Shown: positions 50,500 to 63,207 of the stretch, piece after piece
Layout: the number at the start of each line of letters is the position of its first letter
Position numbering within the stretch: position 1 is the stretch's first letter
Assembly: GCA_037379345.1 (NCBI GenBank)
Contig: CM074511.1
Coordinates: 21,328,001-21,392,000 of the forward strand
Direction: 5' to 3'
DNA: 64,000 nt
Source: Perna viridis
Taxonomy: Eukaryota
Position numbers and translations under genes: made by a program
Notes under the pieces: model-generated
Told to the model about the DNA's origin: nothing
Database searches by the model: none
The model's input: the letters and a program-made list of their open reading frames with translations, nothing else

Positions 50500-50600
50500 A
50501 CGAAATCCGTAATCGCATCATATCCATCCCGTCGTGTTTCGAGTTGCTTGGTTACGGTGTCAATCAAGATGGCGGCGAAAACGAACAGGTACTCGATCTG
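50500..50600 (+). promoter_or_regulatory. probable promoter/first (leader) exon of the C3orf20-like gene, with RFX X-box-like and YY1-like motifs
   Basis: Local CpG enrichment; GTTGCTTGGTTAC (50543-50555); CAAGATGGCGGC (50565-50576); strong donor TG|gtaaga at 50601. Confidence 0.65.
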
Positions 50601-53184
50601 GTAAGATTAAATTACGATTTCTTCGTTTAACTGTATGACATTATGTCATATTTTTTTAAGTTTTAATTTCCGATATAGTTTTTATTGAGACGATGAAATA
50701 AACTACACAAGCCGATTGTCTTTTTATTGAGAGCAACCGTTAAATTGGCCATGCCATTCTTGGCTGGCATATCCATTATAATAGCAGCGTACTGTTCATC
50801 GTTTTATTTATTAAAATCAGACAGACGGCGATTCATGCATGTCAAAAATCAACTGAATTCACGTTATTTCTGATTCTGAAACATTTACACTTACAGGCAA
50901 CATAACCAGTCTTAGTTTGTCATGATTTGGTTGTCAAATTTCGAGATATGTGGTCTTGTTCAATCAAAACCATCCTAGGAACTAATTAGTTTCTTTTTCC
51001 AGCTTAAAATTAGCCATTATATATGTTTTCAAGAAATTCCAGAGACGAAGAAAGTCGAAACTAAATTTATTTGAGGAATATGACGAGAAAGTTAGTAATA
51101 TTTGGGTCTGTAAGGCTTAATGATACCAAGAATGGTTCAGCCTATATCTGATTTGTCAAACAGGAATTAAAGAAAATTGATATTGTTTGATCATTTAAGC
51201 AGAAAGAAGATACTATTTTTAATCCAGCCTTTTCAATTTTTCTGTCTAACATTTTTGAATGTTTGAAGTACACTTCTTAAATTCTAGAGATTGGCATTTC
51301 AAAGTGTCTGAAATTTTGTTGAGAAATGAATGAAAAAAATGATCAGTTCTGAAGACCTAGATCTATGCTTTAAAACAGCTTTTATAAATAATAGATAAGT
51401 TTTTTATGTCTTGGCTATCAACTACTTCAGTTGTATTTTTTTTTATCTGTTAATATAATCTGTATAACAAGCACTACACTAATTAAACCTTTGACTGAAA
51501 ACAAAATTTTGTACATAAATAAAAATGATGTTGACCAAAAGTAAAAAAAAACCCCAAAGCCAGGTCTTTAACGAAATTCAAGCGTTGCTTATAGACATAT
51601 ATCTAAACTAGCAATTGAATCATTTTGTTTTTCTTCATTTCCTCTATTTGTCCACCTGAAAAAATAAATGATACTGTCTAAATTTTCTTTTAAAAGGAAA
51701 CATCACATAGACTATGAGTTTAAGCTACATGTATGTGAATTTACTCTGAACAGTGCAAACCATATTTACAAGTTTAACGTTATGACATGTACAATGTGGA
51801 TTGAACCAAAACCATGGAATCTATGTCATAAATAATACTGTTTTTCGAGATATACTGAAACTTGTTATTAATTTACTGAACAATATAACATGTCAACCAG
51901 CTTCCATATTTTATAATACACTGATGCTAAAGCACTCCAATTAAAAAAAAAATCATAACTAATTCAAAATTTGTCAATTAAATAGAAATCTAAGTCATGA
52001 GCTTTTTAGAAAACATGAAAGTAGTAGACTTATGTTTTATTATATGATGTGTATAACTTTTTGTACTATGACATTATGTACCCGATCTCTATTTAAGCTT
52101 TTTTGTGGATTTTGTTTACAGGGAAAATTTTTTGTGTGCTTTGAGGACAGATGTTCATTGTTGTGCCTACAAATGTAGTTAATTTTTTGTTGTTGAAACA
52201 TTATAATTTCAACATGTAGTAAAATTAAGTTAAGGTTCACATCAGGTTTTCATAATATTCACATAAATGTGTAAAAATGAAATGTCCTTTGTGATTATGT
52301 TAACCTATCAGTGTTGTTCTGGTATTCTTTGGTTTTAAAAAATGCATATTTGATTTTTAAAGAAAAAATACACAGTATTAGTAGGGATTCGTGACAATGA
52401 CATCACCACTGCAATGTTTGAAGTTTTTGATTTATTTTAGTGCATGAAAACTGTACTGTGTTTATAGGATTTGGAAATTCTTTTTATTAGGCATGTTCAT
52501 CATGGTCAATAGAAAAAGCTGTTACAGATAGAGACAGTCTGAAAAATGCATAATGTTTGTCTTGTACTTGGCCAATAAAACTGTCCCATCCCTCAATTCA
52601 ATCAAACTATTCCTTGCATGAGTTATCTAACTTAAACCTAAATCATTTTCCATCATTTTTAAAATTTTTCAAACAACCATTCTTTTCAGTGCATGAAAAG
52701 GAGCAGGTGTATTTGCTGAATTAATGACAGTAATATATTTTTGTATAGTACCCTAATACATATAAGCCTGGTTAAACTTGCACTTTATTTGAAAATTTGA
52801 ATTGTAGGTATCCTTGTTATCAAGTCCTATCACTTTATTGATCTTGCAAAAGTACCTGTCAACATAATATTCATCTGCTATGAAATCCATATTAACTTTT
52901 GCCATTTAAACTATGAAAGTATCTTTCATTTTTGAATACTCCTTATCTAATATGTCTGTAATAAAATGTTGGAAGATCATAAATAAAGGATCAAACTGTC
53001 AGATTTTAAATTCATTGCATTAATTCTATTTAACAATATGAAGTTTGAAGATAAGGAAAGTAACTATAATATTTTAAGACTTTACTGTAGTCATGTTTTA
53101 TTGTGTTATATATTTACAATGAAATTTATTGTTTGTAGATTGACAATGGATGAGGGTTAGTTAGGCAACCCATGGGTTTTGAGA

Positions 53185-53968
53185 ATGGCAGGAAGTGATG
53201 TGCTTTACAATGAAAAGGAAATATATTTCTTCCAACAACAGGTAAGAAGAAAAGTACCCAAAAGATGTCGTAAAGCACCGGAGGAACTTCCAGAAAGTCT
53301 ACGTTTTGCTCATCCTAATCCTAAAGTAGCAGCTTATTTAGCAAGCAAGAACAGGGAGGCTCAACAAAAGCTTCAAGAACAGGACCTTTATGGGGATGGG
53401 TTAGGGAAGAAAAGTTTGTTGCCTAATATTAATCAAACGTTAACAAATATTAAAAATCGTCTAGATAGTGCCTTATCTAATGATGAAGATTCTCAAAAAT
53501 ATCTTTTTGAGGATTCTAAGAGCAACTCTTATACCATCCTCCAACAACTTGCCAGGTATTTATATTCATATGATAACATTTCAAATCACGTGCCAAAGAG
53601 CTTAGAATACCAGTTGATGTCAACATGGAGAGAACTAACAAATGATGTAATATATGTTCCAAGAGAATGGCAAACTGTAGAGATTAGGGAACAGTATTAC
53701 AATTCGTTAAGAGAAAATAACAGTGATGATGAAGATGATGATATAACAGGAGGTAGGACATCAGTGTTGGATAAAAACTCTGGTCCACCCAAGAAACCTA
53801 AGAAATCATCCAGTCGTTTAGGAGTCCCTGACATTGTAGAGGAAGATGGAAAACAAGAGGGCAAGTTGTCCGTTCCAAGAAGAAGTGATAGTCGAATGTC
53901 AACCATGTCCACGTCACGGAGCAGACTGGATGTACGAGGAAAAATGTCAAAAGATCATCGTGGATCAA
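53185..53968 (+). CDS. C3orf20-like first coding exon
   Basis: 278-aa ORF; acceptor ttgtag ends 53138; AGAATGG Kozak context at 53185; donor A|gtaagc. Confidence 0.85.
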
Positions 53969-56900
53969 GTAAGCATAATCAGATTGCTTTATTTTTCAGT
54001 GAACTCATTTTATAATTAATTAAATTAATTAAATAGAGCAATTACTAAGTCCTTTTTTTTTTAGCTGAAAACACTCTTTTGCATATAGTACTTTCTTAAT
54101 GCTATTAGTATGCCCCAACATTACCTGTAGTTTATCTAAGATTCTGTTACTTGAGTAGACAAGTAGTAATCTATGCATAGATTACTTATTTATGCTTAAA
54201 GTACCTTGTGTCGTAAACACATATTTATTAAGCAGAAGAAATTAATTGGAGACAATGAAAAGCATACATTGAATTGATAGTTAAATAGTTTCATTAAAAT
54301 CATTGAGAATTTACTATTCGTTCAAAGCTTTGTTTTTGTCTAAGAGTAAGTATCCAGCTGAAGTGATTTTATTTGCTCAGCTTAGATTTTTTTGTTATAT
54401 ACAACTGTACATTAATGTTGATTTTGAATCAGTCAGCTAGCATTGCTCATACTGTTAATTTATCATTCTCGGTAAGGATAAAAAAACTACGTCATACCCT
54501 GGTATTGTGTCCTCTTACCCAAAGATTACTGGAATAAGCTTTACAGTAGCCCCTTCGCTTCTGATACTGATAATATGGCCGGGCCTTTTTATTCACAGGA
54601 CATAAAATGTTGCCAATCTGGGTGCCTGGGTGAAATTTTAAAGCTTATTCCCTGTAATATCATTAGAAGATGTTGCAATTCAAGGCTGCTCATTCTTGTA
54701 CTTTTTACTTTTGTCTTTCTTTGTGTGAGCTATGTAATTTTGTACTTCTGTACGTATAAAGCAGTTATAGGCTGTACATTAAGGTTTTTTTATAATATGC
54801 ATGCCTGAGTATGGCATATGAAGGTTTTTCTTTAACTCTAATAGAACAATGTGGAGCTATTTAAACAGTCAGTCTTTCACATGGGAATTTTTATTTGTGA
54901 TCTAAATTAGTAAATCGTCTTTAATTATTTCTGTCAAACATGTAAAATAATCAATAAACTTTTCACAAAAAGAACCCTTACTGTCGCTTGGCAAATAGTA
55001 AAATCTATAATCTTCTAAACCATAAGAAATGCAAACTTTTTAGTTGTCAAGATCAAACACAGTATTTCCTAGTCACAAATGGAAAGTCATTTGAAATGTA
55101 AACACTCAAAAACTTGTAAGAATTACGGGTTGGATTGCTTGTTCCGATAAGACATTATCATAAAGTAAATCATTGCTATATCTGAATGAATTTGTTGACC
55201 AACCCACTTCAGATATCCTTTTCTACTTAGAGTAAAGAATTGTTAAGAATTAAATAGAACAGAAATCAATAATAAAACTATTTAGACAAACAAAAATATG
55301 CTGTTACCATATGAATAAAGCAAACTTTTAAATAGGTACCGGTAGTACATGCATTATGAACAAAAAATAGGATTACTGAGATTAGAGAAAGGCAGGTACA
55401 TGTGTATTGTACATCTACAAAGGCCCTTACCCAGGGGTGGAGGAAGAGGATGCCATTGCATCCCTCCGCTAAAAAACAAATTGTTGTCAATGTTTTCACA
55501 TAAGGTCTTATATTTTACTTGTGTTTTAAGTTTTTAGGATGTGTTTTTATTCTTTTCCATGGCATGTACTTTGTGTTGTTGATAATGATTTTAGGTGTAG
55601 AGAAAACAAAAAATAAATCTTGTAAATAGTTTTGTGATTAAAGTATACTCTAATATAACATTACTGTGTGCCATTCTCATACCCTATTTTTAACACTAAA
55701 TCAGGCTGTTGCAGACTCTAAAAAAAAAAAGGAATAAAAAAATAAAAAATAGGCAAGAGACTTCTGTATGAACTTTTGTGTATTTTTGTGTGATGCTTAC
55801 TCCATCAACTTAAATATTTCTTTCTGACTTATATGTTTTCTTTATGAAATGAGATACTAAATTAGATTTCTATTCCAGTCATTCTTTGTTTTCGGGAGAG
55901 AAGTCACTTATAATCAGGACACACTTAAATGGTTGTTAAAATTAGGGCAGTTAAGCAAAAAAAATTATAACTGCAATTTGAACTCCTAGAATAATATATT
56001 TAATCATAGGTCTGATTTTTTCTAGCCTATAGCAAGAGCTAAGAGATTTAATACTGAATGTATTCTTAAAAGGCATGTCAAATGAAGTAATATAATTACT
56101 TTTAAATGTAAAATGCAATTGTATCTGGGACATTTTTAGATTAGAATAAATCTTTTTTAATGTTTTAAGTATATATAATCCTGTAATGCTTTGCAGTTCA
56201 GGTTCTCTTATTATTAAAGTTAACACTTATTATGTTTAAACACAATTACCTTATTCTGCTCAAACATTTAATATCTGGAACTGTTTTCATGGTGAATAAA
56301 GTATTGTAAATTGCTTTGTAATTTTTTCACTTATAAATACCCTGACAAAACAATGTTCATCATATGTATGCTAAACTGGAAGAATAAAATGATTTAATAC
56401 CAAACTTGTATGAAGGTACTCATACGTGTTGAAATTTGAAACTTAAAATTTAATTTTTAATAACACGTTCATTTTAATTTAATAAAAAAAGTTATGAATT
56501 TCATTTCTGAAAGTATATGATGACTAAAGTATTGGTAGCATATATATTTCGTGCTTGGACCTCTAATGTTATACTCTAGTAGCTACTCATATAAGTCTAT
56601 GGCTGTCAAAAATTAAGTAATAAATCCCAACTTGTTCTATAGTCCTGTTTGTTACATAGATAAGGTTTTAATTTGATGTGTTGGATCAGTCCAAACAATA
56701 AATCAATAAGTATCGTGTCAACAAATTACTACCTATGTTTGATGGCGTGCGCCATAAGCTTTTGCACTTTGTCGTGAATCAAATAACGATTTGAGATCAT
56801 TCATATTTGATTAAATTGAATGCTCGTCTGGTTAAATATAATGCTAAATTGATTTTCATGTGGTATGGTTGACGTCATTTCAGTATGTGATATGCTTTAA

Positions 56901-59900
56901 AACATAGCAAGCACCTTGATAATCATAACAGTTTAAACAATTACTATATTCAGGCACAATTATCTCCCCTGGATTTTTTTTCATTTTTGTTGCCAAATCA
57001 TTTTAATTTTATACCAGCCTATGGTAACTTTTTATTCTGTTAGTAATTGATATCATTTTGCAGTAGAACATTAGTTGGATTGTTTGGTTTTCATCAATGT
57101 TAACCTTTAAAATGAAATAAAATGAAAACTATTTAAAGACAAACCTATAAAGACATTTATTTCCTGTTAAGTTAAGAAAAGTTGCATTCTTTAAAAAGGG
57201 AATGTTGGCCTTGCAACCACCAACTAATATTTTTCTGGCCAATTATTTTTTTATGCTAAATTCTCGAATCAAATCTAAGGAAGACCTTGTTCATTACTTA
57301 GAACATTCCTGGACTTAAGACTAAACTAATTTTTTAGATTTTGCAGCACTAAAACCTAATATTTTAAAGAAGTTTCTTTTCTTTTACACAGGACTTTCAA
57401 TCAATCAAGCATCTAGATGCAATCAAGTGTCTAGAAAAAGTAGAAAGGGTAACATTTCTTATAGAAGCAATGGACATAAGAAAATCTGCATGGTGCATGT
57501 CTTGTCAGTTTGTGTCTTGCACTAAACACAAAAAATGACACTTTCTGCTTTATACTGATATTGGATCATCATATTTTCATTTTAGAGTATATATATATAT
57601 TTTTAAAAATGTTAGTAAACTGCACAATTGTTTGACCTCAGATTTTGAAATAGTGGGAAGTCTTTGGCACCTGGATTTGTTCTGAATTTTGGTTCACTTT
57701 GGTGTAGGCTAAAATACACTATGGTGTTAGAATTATTAGAAGTGAATGAAAACATATGTGTGTCCATCTTTTATTCAGTTCTCAGGTTTGGGTTGAAATT
57801 TTTGCTTTTTTTCTTTGAAGTAAGGGTTTTATCATAATGAATTTTCATACACAAGTTCAGTACATTGATGATTAAAATGTCAAGATTCTTTCATGAAGGA
57901 TTACTAAGGCATGCCAGTACATCAGATACTGAAAAAAAAGTTGAGTTCCTTAACAAATAATTCTTGATGCAACTTCATTTGATTTTTCAAGCTATGTATA
58001 TGTATGTTAGGTCTTTATATAGAACATGCATGTATAAATTGAAATACTCATATGATATAAATGTACACATATTACTGGTATACCTCATATGGGTCAATTG
58101 TAAATTCTAATTTTGATAAGTAATTTTCATTCTGTGTGAAGAGATTCACAATAAAATGATCTAATTTACCGGTAATGATTTTGTACTGATCTGATTTTTT
58201 TTCTACATTTCGTACCAAATAATCGATCCTATAAACAATGAATAGTAAACCACAATATTAACTACAAAACTTTCAAAACAACAAGATGGCCTGAATTTTC
58301 AAGTCTAATTTCTGACTTGTAGAAGATGTGCTATTTTGAAGACTGTATGAATACTTTTATTGTCATGTTTTCTGTACCTTTATTTCATACCTTAAGGTTA
58401 TGCTACATTTAATAACGGGTTATTGAGATCACATTTGTAATTGTCAATTTTAAATGTTTTTTTTTTCATATATAAAAACTGCTTTTAAAGATGGCTATCA
58501 TATCATATTTTGTTTTAGGTATGATTATATGTTATCATGAGCTATTGTACATTTGTGTACCTGTAACTAATTATTTTTCCGTATAAACTAAAAAGAAAGT
58601 TGTCCCTTTGGTCTGACATAGATGAATTTTATTTAAATTCCTTAAACTCTTGCACTTCATACAGATGCTCAAGCTTTGAAAGGTAAAAATTATAATGAAT
58701 GTCAAAGATACTAATTTTTGTTATGAAGTGAATTTAACAAACAGAATCACTGATGCAATATATTTTTGTACATTGTTATCATTGCTGCACAAAAAAAAAT
58801 GTTTCACAAAAATGAGCTTTATGAGTACATTTTAACAATTAAAAAAGATTAGTCTGTAAAATAATATAGGTTCTTTTAAAGTACTGTATGATTTCTGAAG
58901 CTTTTACATGTATCAAATTCCCCCTCCTTAGACCTCAAGAATTAAGCTTGATTTCTATAGATTTTACAAACTATAGATTGACTGCATTCAGAATAATCAT
59001 AGAAGTATATTATTTATAGCATAATAAATTGCATGTTTAGAATTGTGTAGATCTTTAAATATAGATTTACTTCTTATATATATTTGAAATGGATTTTATT
59101 TTCGTGGATTATCATAATATTCATCGCTGTGTTGTATTTGAGGTGTATTTGCTGCAATTAGCTTTTTATTAGCTTTTAATGTTTTTTGGCTACTTAAAAG
59201 TTTGGCACAATTTCTATTTGAAGTTTTAGCAAGATTAATCTGCTGTTTAAGGTCATTCATTACTTTCATTTTACTCGAGTGTGTTCTGTAATGCTTTTAA
59301 ATGACAATTACAGGTACTTGTATGTTTGAAAGTAAATTTCTATGGTCCATGTATGTCTTTACTTGATGTTTTTATTTAAAAAATAGAAGAAAGCTCCAAT
59401 GGTTCATTGGAGAATTTGATCGTCTGAAATTATATATTTTACATGGACCAAACATTTTTTTAAAATTTACTCTCACATTATCTCTATTAGAAGAAAGAAC
59501 TTTATTTTGCAATACTTTAATATGAGTTTTAACCAGAAAAAATCAGAACATTGTATTAGTTTATTTCAGTTATTTTGTGTAGTCACACACTTTGAAAGTA
59601 ATGAAGGACCAAATCACGGAATGTTACAGTCCACGAAACTAGGATTCCTCATACTCACATGGCAAGAATTTGAACATTTCATTGCTTATTATTAACCATA
59701 GATTTTTATTTCAACCTTACACTTTGCAGTCGCTGGATTACGCTCGCCAAATATCAGAAAAGGAATGCATGATGATGCTTTTTCCAATATTGCAGAAACG
59801 CCATCTGACCCACGATGTGAGTTGTCAAAATGTTTTAATTATGATTCACAATTTTCATGTCATTATATGTGATTTAATCAGAGTTAATCAGCTTGTTTGA

Positions 59901-62900
59901 AGCAGGTAATATAACATGTCAACTTGTTTATAATCCCTAACCAACCTACTAGATAAAATAATACTAATAACTAACACTCTATAAGTATCCCAGTTCACCC
60001 TTTACATAAGATAGTCTAGATTTGATCTTTCCTTTAGGTATCCCATTCCAAAAATAATCTTTTAAATTCTTTTTCTGTTTCTGAAAATATGTTTTGTCTT
60101 ATATTTGTAATTTTTTCAATGCTTTTTTTCAACTTAAAATCTTCTATGTATTTATATTATACTATTAAATTTCATGTTTGTTTTTTTCCCTTCACTGACT
60201 AAGCTTTCTTGAATAGATGGATCTGCACATATTATGTATATATTGTATTTTAAGTGTCTCCCTACAAGTCTTTTCATAGTGTTTTGAAGTATGCTGCTTA
60301 AAATGTTGCTCAGTGTGAGTTGAAATGAGTTATGTGGTAGTGAATCTTTATACTAACAATTCAATGCACTTTTATAGTGAGTATGCACATTTTTCAATAA
60401 GAACTCCATTTTTCTAGGGACAGATCCTGGAAATCTATGACCGACATTCCCCTTATGTAAACCTATTACTAGAAATGTCTGAAAACAGAGGAAATCCAAT
60501 TTTTTTATGTGTATCGATACCCTGGTAATCCTCTGTACACTGAACTAAAAACTGTAGGTGGGCCAGTTCTTAACTGTATACCTATTTCTGGATCTGTCAC
60601 TGCTACAAAATGGACTGTGTGGGCATCACTCATGCTTTTTTTTCTGGTTACTTAGTTGTTTGATAAGGTGATGTATTATATTTTAATGTATTACAGCTAC
60701 AGCACTTGTTACCATCAGCTTCTCACTGAAAGACAAGAAAGGTTTGTATATATTTTCTTTTAAAAGTAGTTTTTTAAAAGTAATTCATCAGTTTTTACAA
60801 GAGTAACAAAAGCTCAAAATAAAAGCACAAAAAAATCAAACCAAAAAAGTATATCTGGTAGAAATAGATACCCCCACTTTCCAATTTGTTTAAGTGGAAG
60901 TGGACCATAACTCATGAATGGCTTAACTCACCAAGGAGGACTTATTAAAATGCTTTGTAAGCTAATGTTAGTGGTGAAAAATGCTTCTGACATGTGTAGG
61001 TTTTTTATCAAATTGGCCACGAAAGTAAGGAAAAGACTTAAATATCTGCATAAAGTAGAAGATTAAAAAGTGCCTTTTGACATTAGTTCAAGTTTAAGGT
61101 ATGACTTCCCAAAAGGGTTCTTTTTCTTTTCATTATCTTTATTTTGGTGATAAGTTATCATAAATTTTCAAGCAGACTTCTATAATTTATCTTCTGTACA
61201 CACAATTAACCCTTTAAAAGCTTAATAAAACTATGGGAATTAAAAGGAACTAAGATAATAATCATGCAAGAGACCAAGATAATATTTATGTCTCCCTCAA
61301 CTTTGATGGGGAGATATTGTTTTGTTCTGTCAGCCTGTCAGTTTGTCCATCTGTCTGTCTGTCTGTGTGTCTGTCTGTCCATCACACTTTTGTAAGTGCA
61401 ACTCCTCAGAAACTATTTCACTGAACATCATGAAACATGGTAGGTAGTGAGGACCTGATATGGTGTTGTGCATATTACAACAAGTTTATGATCCACTGAC
61501 TTTTGTGGGTTTCACTCCTTTGAATTCCTCTTTTGATTAAGCATACAGTAAAAATTGAAGACACTCCTCCCATGGTCAAAATAAAATTGCATATATAAAG
61601 CTGGTTACAAGATTTTCAATGTCACAACTTTTCATTCCACTCTTAAGTCTCTGAAATCTTAAAACCAGATTTAGTTTAACTTAGAGAATGGGAAGAAAAA
61701 CAATCTTAAGTTATTACATGTAAGGCGTAAATTAAAAGTTAACTAGCAATTCTACCTCAACTTGAAACTTGGGGCACAGTTTTGGTGTATGTCAATATGT
61801 TAGTATTCTATGCTTATCTAGAATTCGGTATTGAATAGAAATGAAAAGCTGACAAATAGTAAATGATGTGGAAGAGACTTATTGTAATTGAAACTTTAGA
61901 TTCTACAAGCATGAATTCATATGAACAAATTTTAGCCTATTCATTTTTCTTTTTCTCATACAAAAAAATAAATGTATAGAACAAATAGCCTTTGACATTT
62001 TAAAAAATTTGCATTTTTTTCTCCTTTTAAAGGGTACTATTTGTATGGTGAATTTTCATCTTTGTTTTCCTCTTTTGGTGCTCTAATTATTTCTAGAATA
62101 AGTTATTTTAAAAAATGGAAAACCTTTCTCTAAGCATATAACTATCTATCCACAAAATGTGACTTGGGTTTGCAGTATTTATTTGTTTATTTTATTGTTT
62201 TACCATTTTCTGTTGTAGGTGTTATAATGGATAGTAATGTGGACGAAATTGACCAGAAAAAAATGGTCGAAGAATATGAAGCTTTCAAGGAACTCATTAA
62301 AATAGTGTAAGGACTTTTGATTAAAGTTGCTTTGAAACCAAAAAAACAGGATCATTGTAAATGAATACTATATCAAAAAACTGTACAACTGCTTTCAAGG
62401 CTAAAATACAATTATTTGTTTCAATATGATGGTTATAAGACAAATAAATTGTATTTTCAACAAATTATTATAATTTCAATTTATCAACAAGTGGCTGTTA
62501 ATCAATTTTGACAAAAATACCATTCAACAGTATTAAAAGCAATTTCCATAAGACTAAAACAACAATCTGTGGTCAAATAATGGTATAATGCTGTTGGCTG
62601 CTTTATCTGTTGATAGTTTTTTTTATCCTGTACAATAAGTTGAGTATAAATGAACCAATCATACCACAAAAAGAAAGCTGGGATTGATTTTTGGGGTTTT
62701 AACTTAAAAAATAATAGGAGTCAGAAACAAGCATTTTCATAATGTCAGAAACCATAATTGTCCTATCTGTTCAGGGTTTGGCTTTGCAGTCATATCAAGT
62801 TGAACTGTGTAAAGCGTTTATTTTTTTTTCTGTTATTGTAGGAAAAAACAGCAGCAAGATGACATTGATAATGGGAAAGACAAACCTGTTGTTGTCCGTT

Positions 62901-63075
62901 ACTATGGAGATCACAAAAAGGAAGTGCTGTTGAAGTACAGGAAGTCCCCAGTCAAGACAGAGAGTCCTGTCTTTGGCAAGTTAGGCAAAATAAAAATTCC
63001 CTCTATGAATGATGACAGAAATGAAGGGAAGCAACTCATGCAAGCTTCCACCCACGATGGCACTAGTTTTATATA
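53185..63075 (+). CDS. C3orf20 / FAM194 (ERICH6)-family protein, 3'-partial; core join(53185..53968,59730..59816,60697..60741,62219..62306,62842..63075), continues beyond the window
   Basis: TILQQLARYL...VPKSLEYQLMSTWRELTND resembles the C3orf20 N-terminal block (LLARISKLL...VPKGIRNIFEFTWEEL); then TISFSL, KPVVVRYYG and HDGTSFIY (~YDGSSFVYYPSG, start of the FAM194 repeats). Splice phases are consistent. Family assignment is from recalled motifs. Confidence 0.78.
57392..57448 (+). CDS. candidate 57-nt phase-1 cassette exon of the C3orf20-like gene
   Basis: tttcttttcttttacacag| (R)LSINQASRCNQVSRKSRK G|gtaaca; frame-preserving. Confidence 0.45.
58665..58682 (+). CDS. candidate 18-nt microexon of the C3orf20-like gene
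   Basis: cttgcacttcatacag|AT GCT CAA GCT TTG AAA G|gtaaaa; phase 1/1. Confidence 0.4.
59730..59816 (+). CDS. 87-nt phase-1 exon of the C3orf20-like gene
   Basis: ctttgcag| AGLRSPNIRKGMHDDAFSNIAETPSDPR T|gtgagt; GC-richer than its flanks, strong splice sites. Confidence 0.7.
60697..60741 (+). CDS. C3orf20-like exon (TISFSL motif)
   Basis: ttacag|CT ACA GCA...; TALVTISFSLKDKK G|gtttgt; alternative in-frame CAG at 60700-60702. Confidence 0.78.
61283..61530 (+). mobile_element. HINE/Helentron-type element fragment
   Basis: tatgtctccc..ggggagata inverted box, (TCTG)n microsatellite, monomer start ttgtaagtgcaactcctc shared with 20632. Confidence 0.75.
62219..62306 (+). CDS. C3orf20-like exon
   Basis: ttgtag| (G)VIMDSNVDEIDQKKMVEEYEAFKELIKI(V) |gtaagg; phase 1/2. 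Confidence 0.82.
62842..63075 (+). CDS. C3orf20-like exon ending at a U12-type donor
   Basis: ttgtag| KKQQQDDIDNGKDKPVVVRYYGDHKKE...QASTHDGTSFI(Y) |gtatcctttt. Confidence 0.85.
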
Positions 63076-63085
63076 GTATCCTTTT
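63076..63085 (+). other. U12-type (minor spliceosome) 5' splice site
   Basis: GTATCCTTTT exactly where the exon must end (in-frame TAG if read through); matches the RTATCCTTT consensus. Confidence 0.85.
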
Positions 63086-63207
63086 TACACTTATTTATTA
63101 AAACCTGTGACTCAGATCACTAATATACACTATACACAGTATCAAATCCAGAAATTCTGAAGAGGGGGCCAGTGACTGTCCTAAGTGGGAGACAATTCAA
63201 GTTTACA

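Noticed and set aside
54432-54476. Possible extra exon ending at tcg|gtaagg in the C3orf20-like intron
   Set aside because: Weak acceptor, and none of the nearby AG choices gives a stop-free phase 1/1 exon.
59583-59661. Possible exon THFESNEGPNHG... with a GC donor
   Set aside because: The length is not a multiple of three and there is no good GT donor.
602-63075. Functional linkage (operon-like system) of BCAP31, ZNF292-like and C3orf20-like
   Set aside because: The two downstream genes have their own promoter-like regions and the predicted functions are unrelated; co-orientation alone is not evidence.
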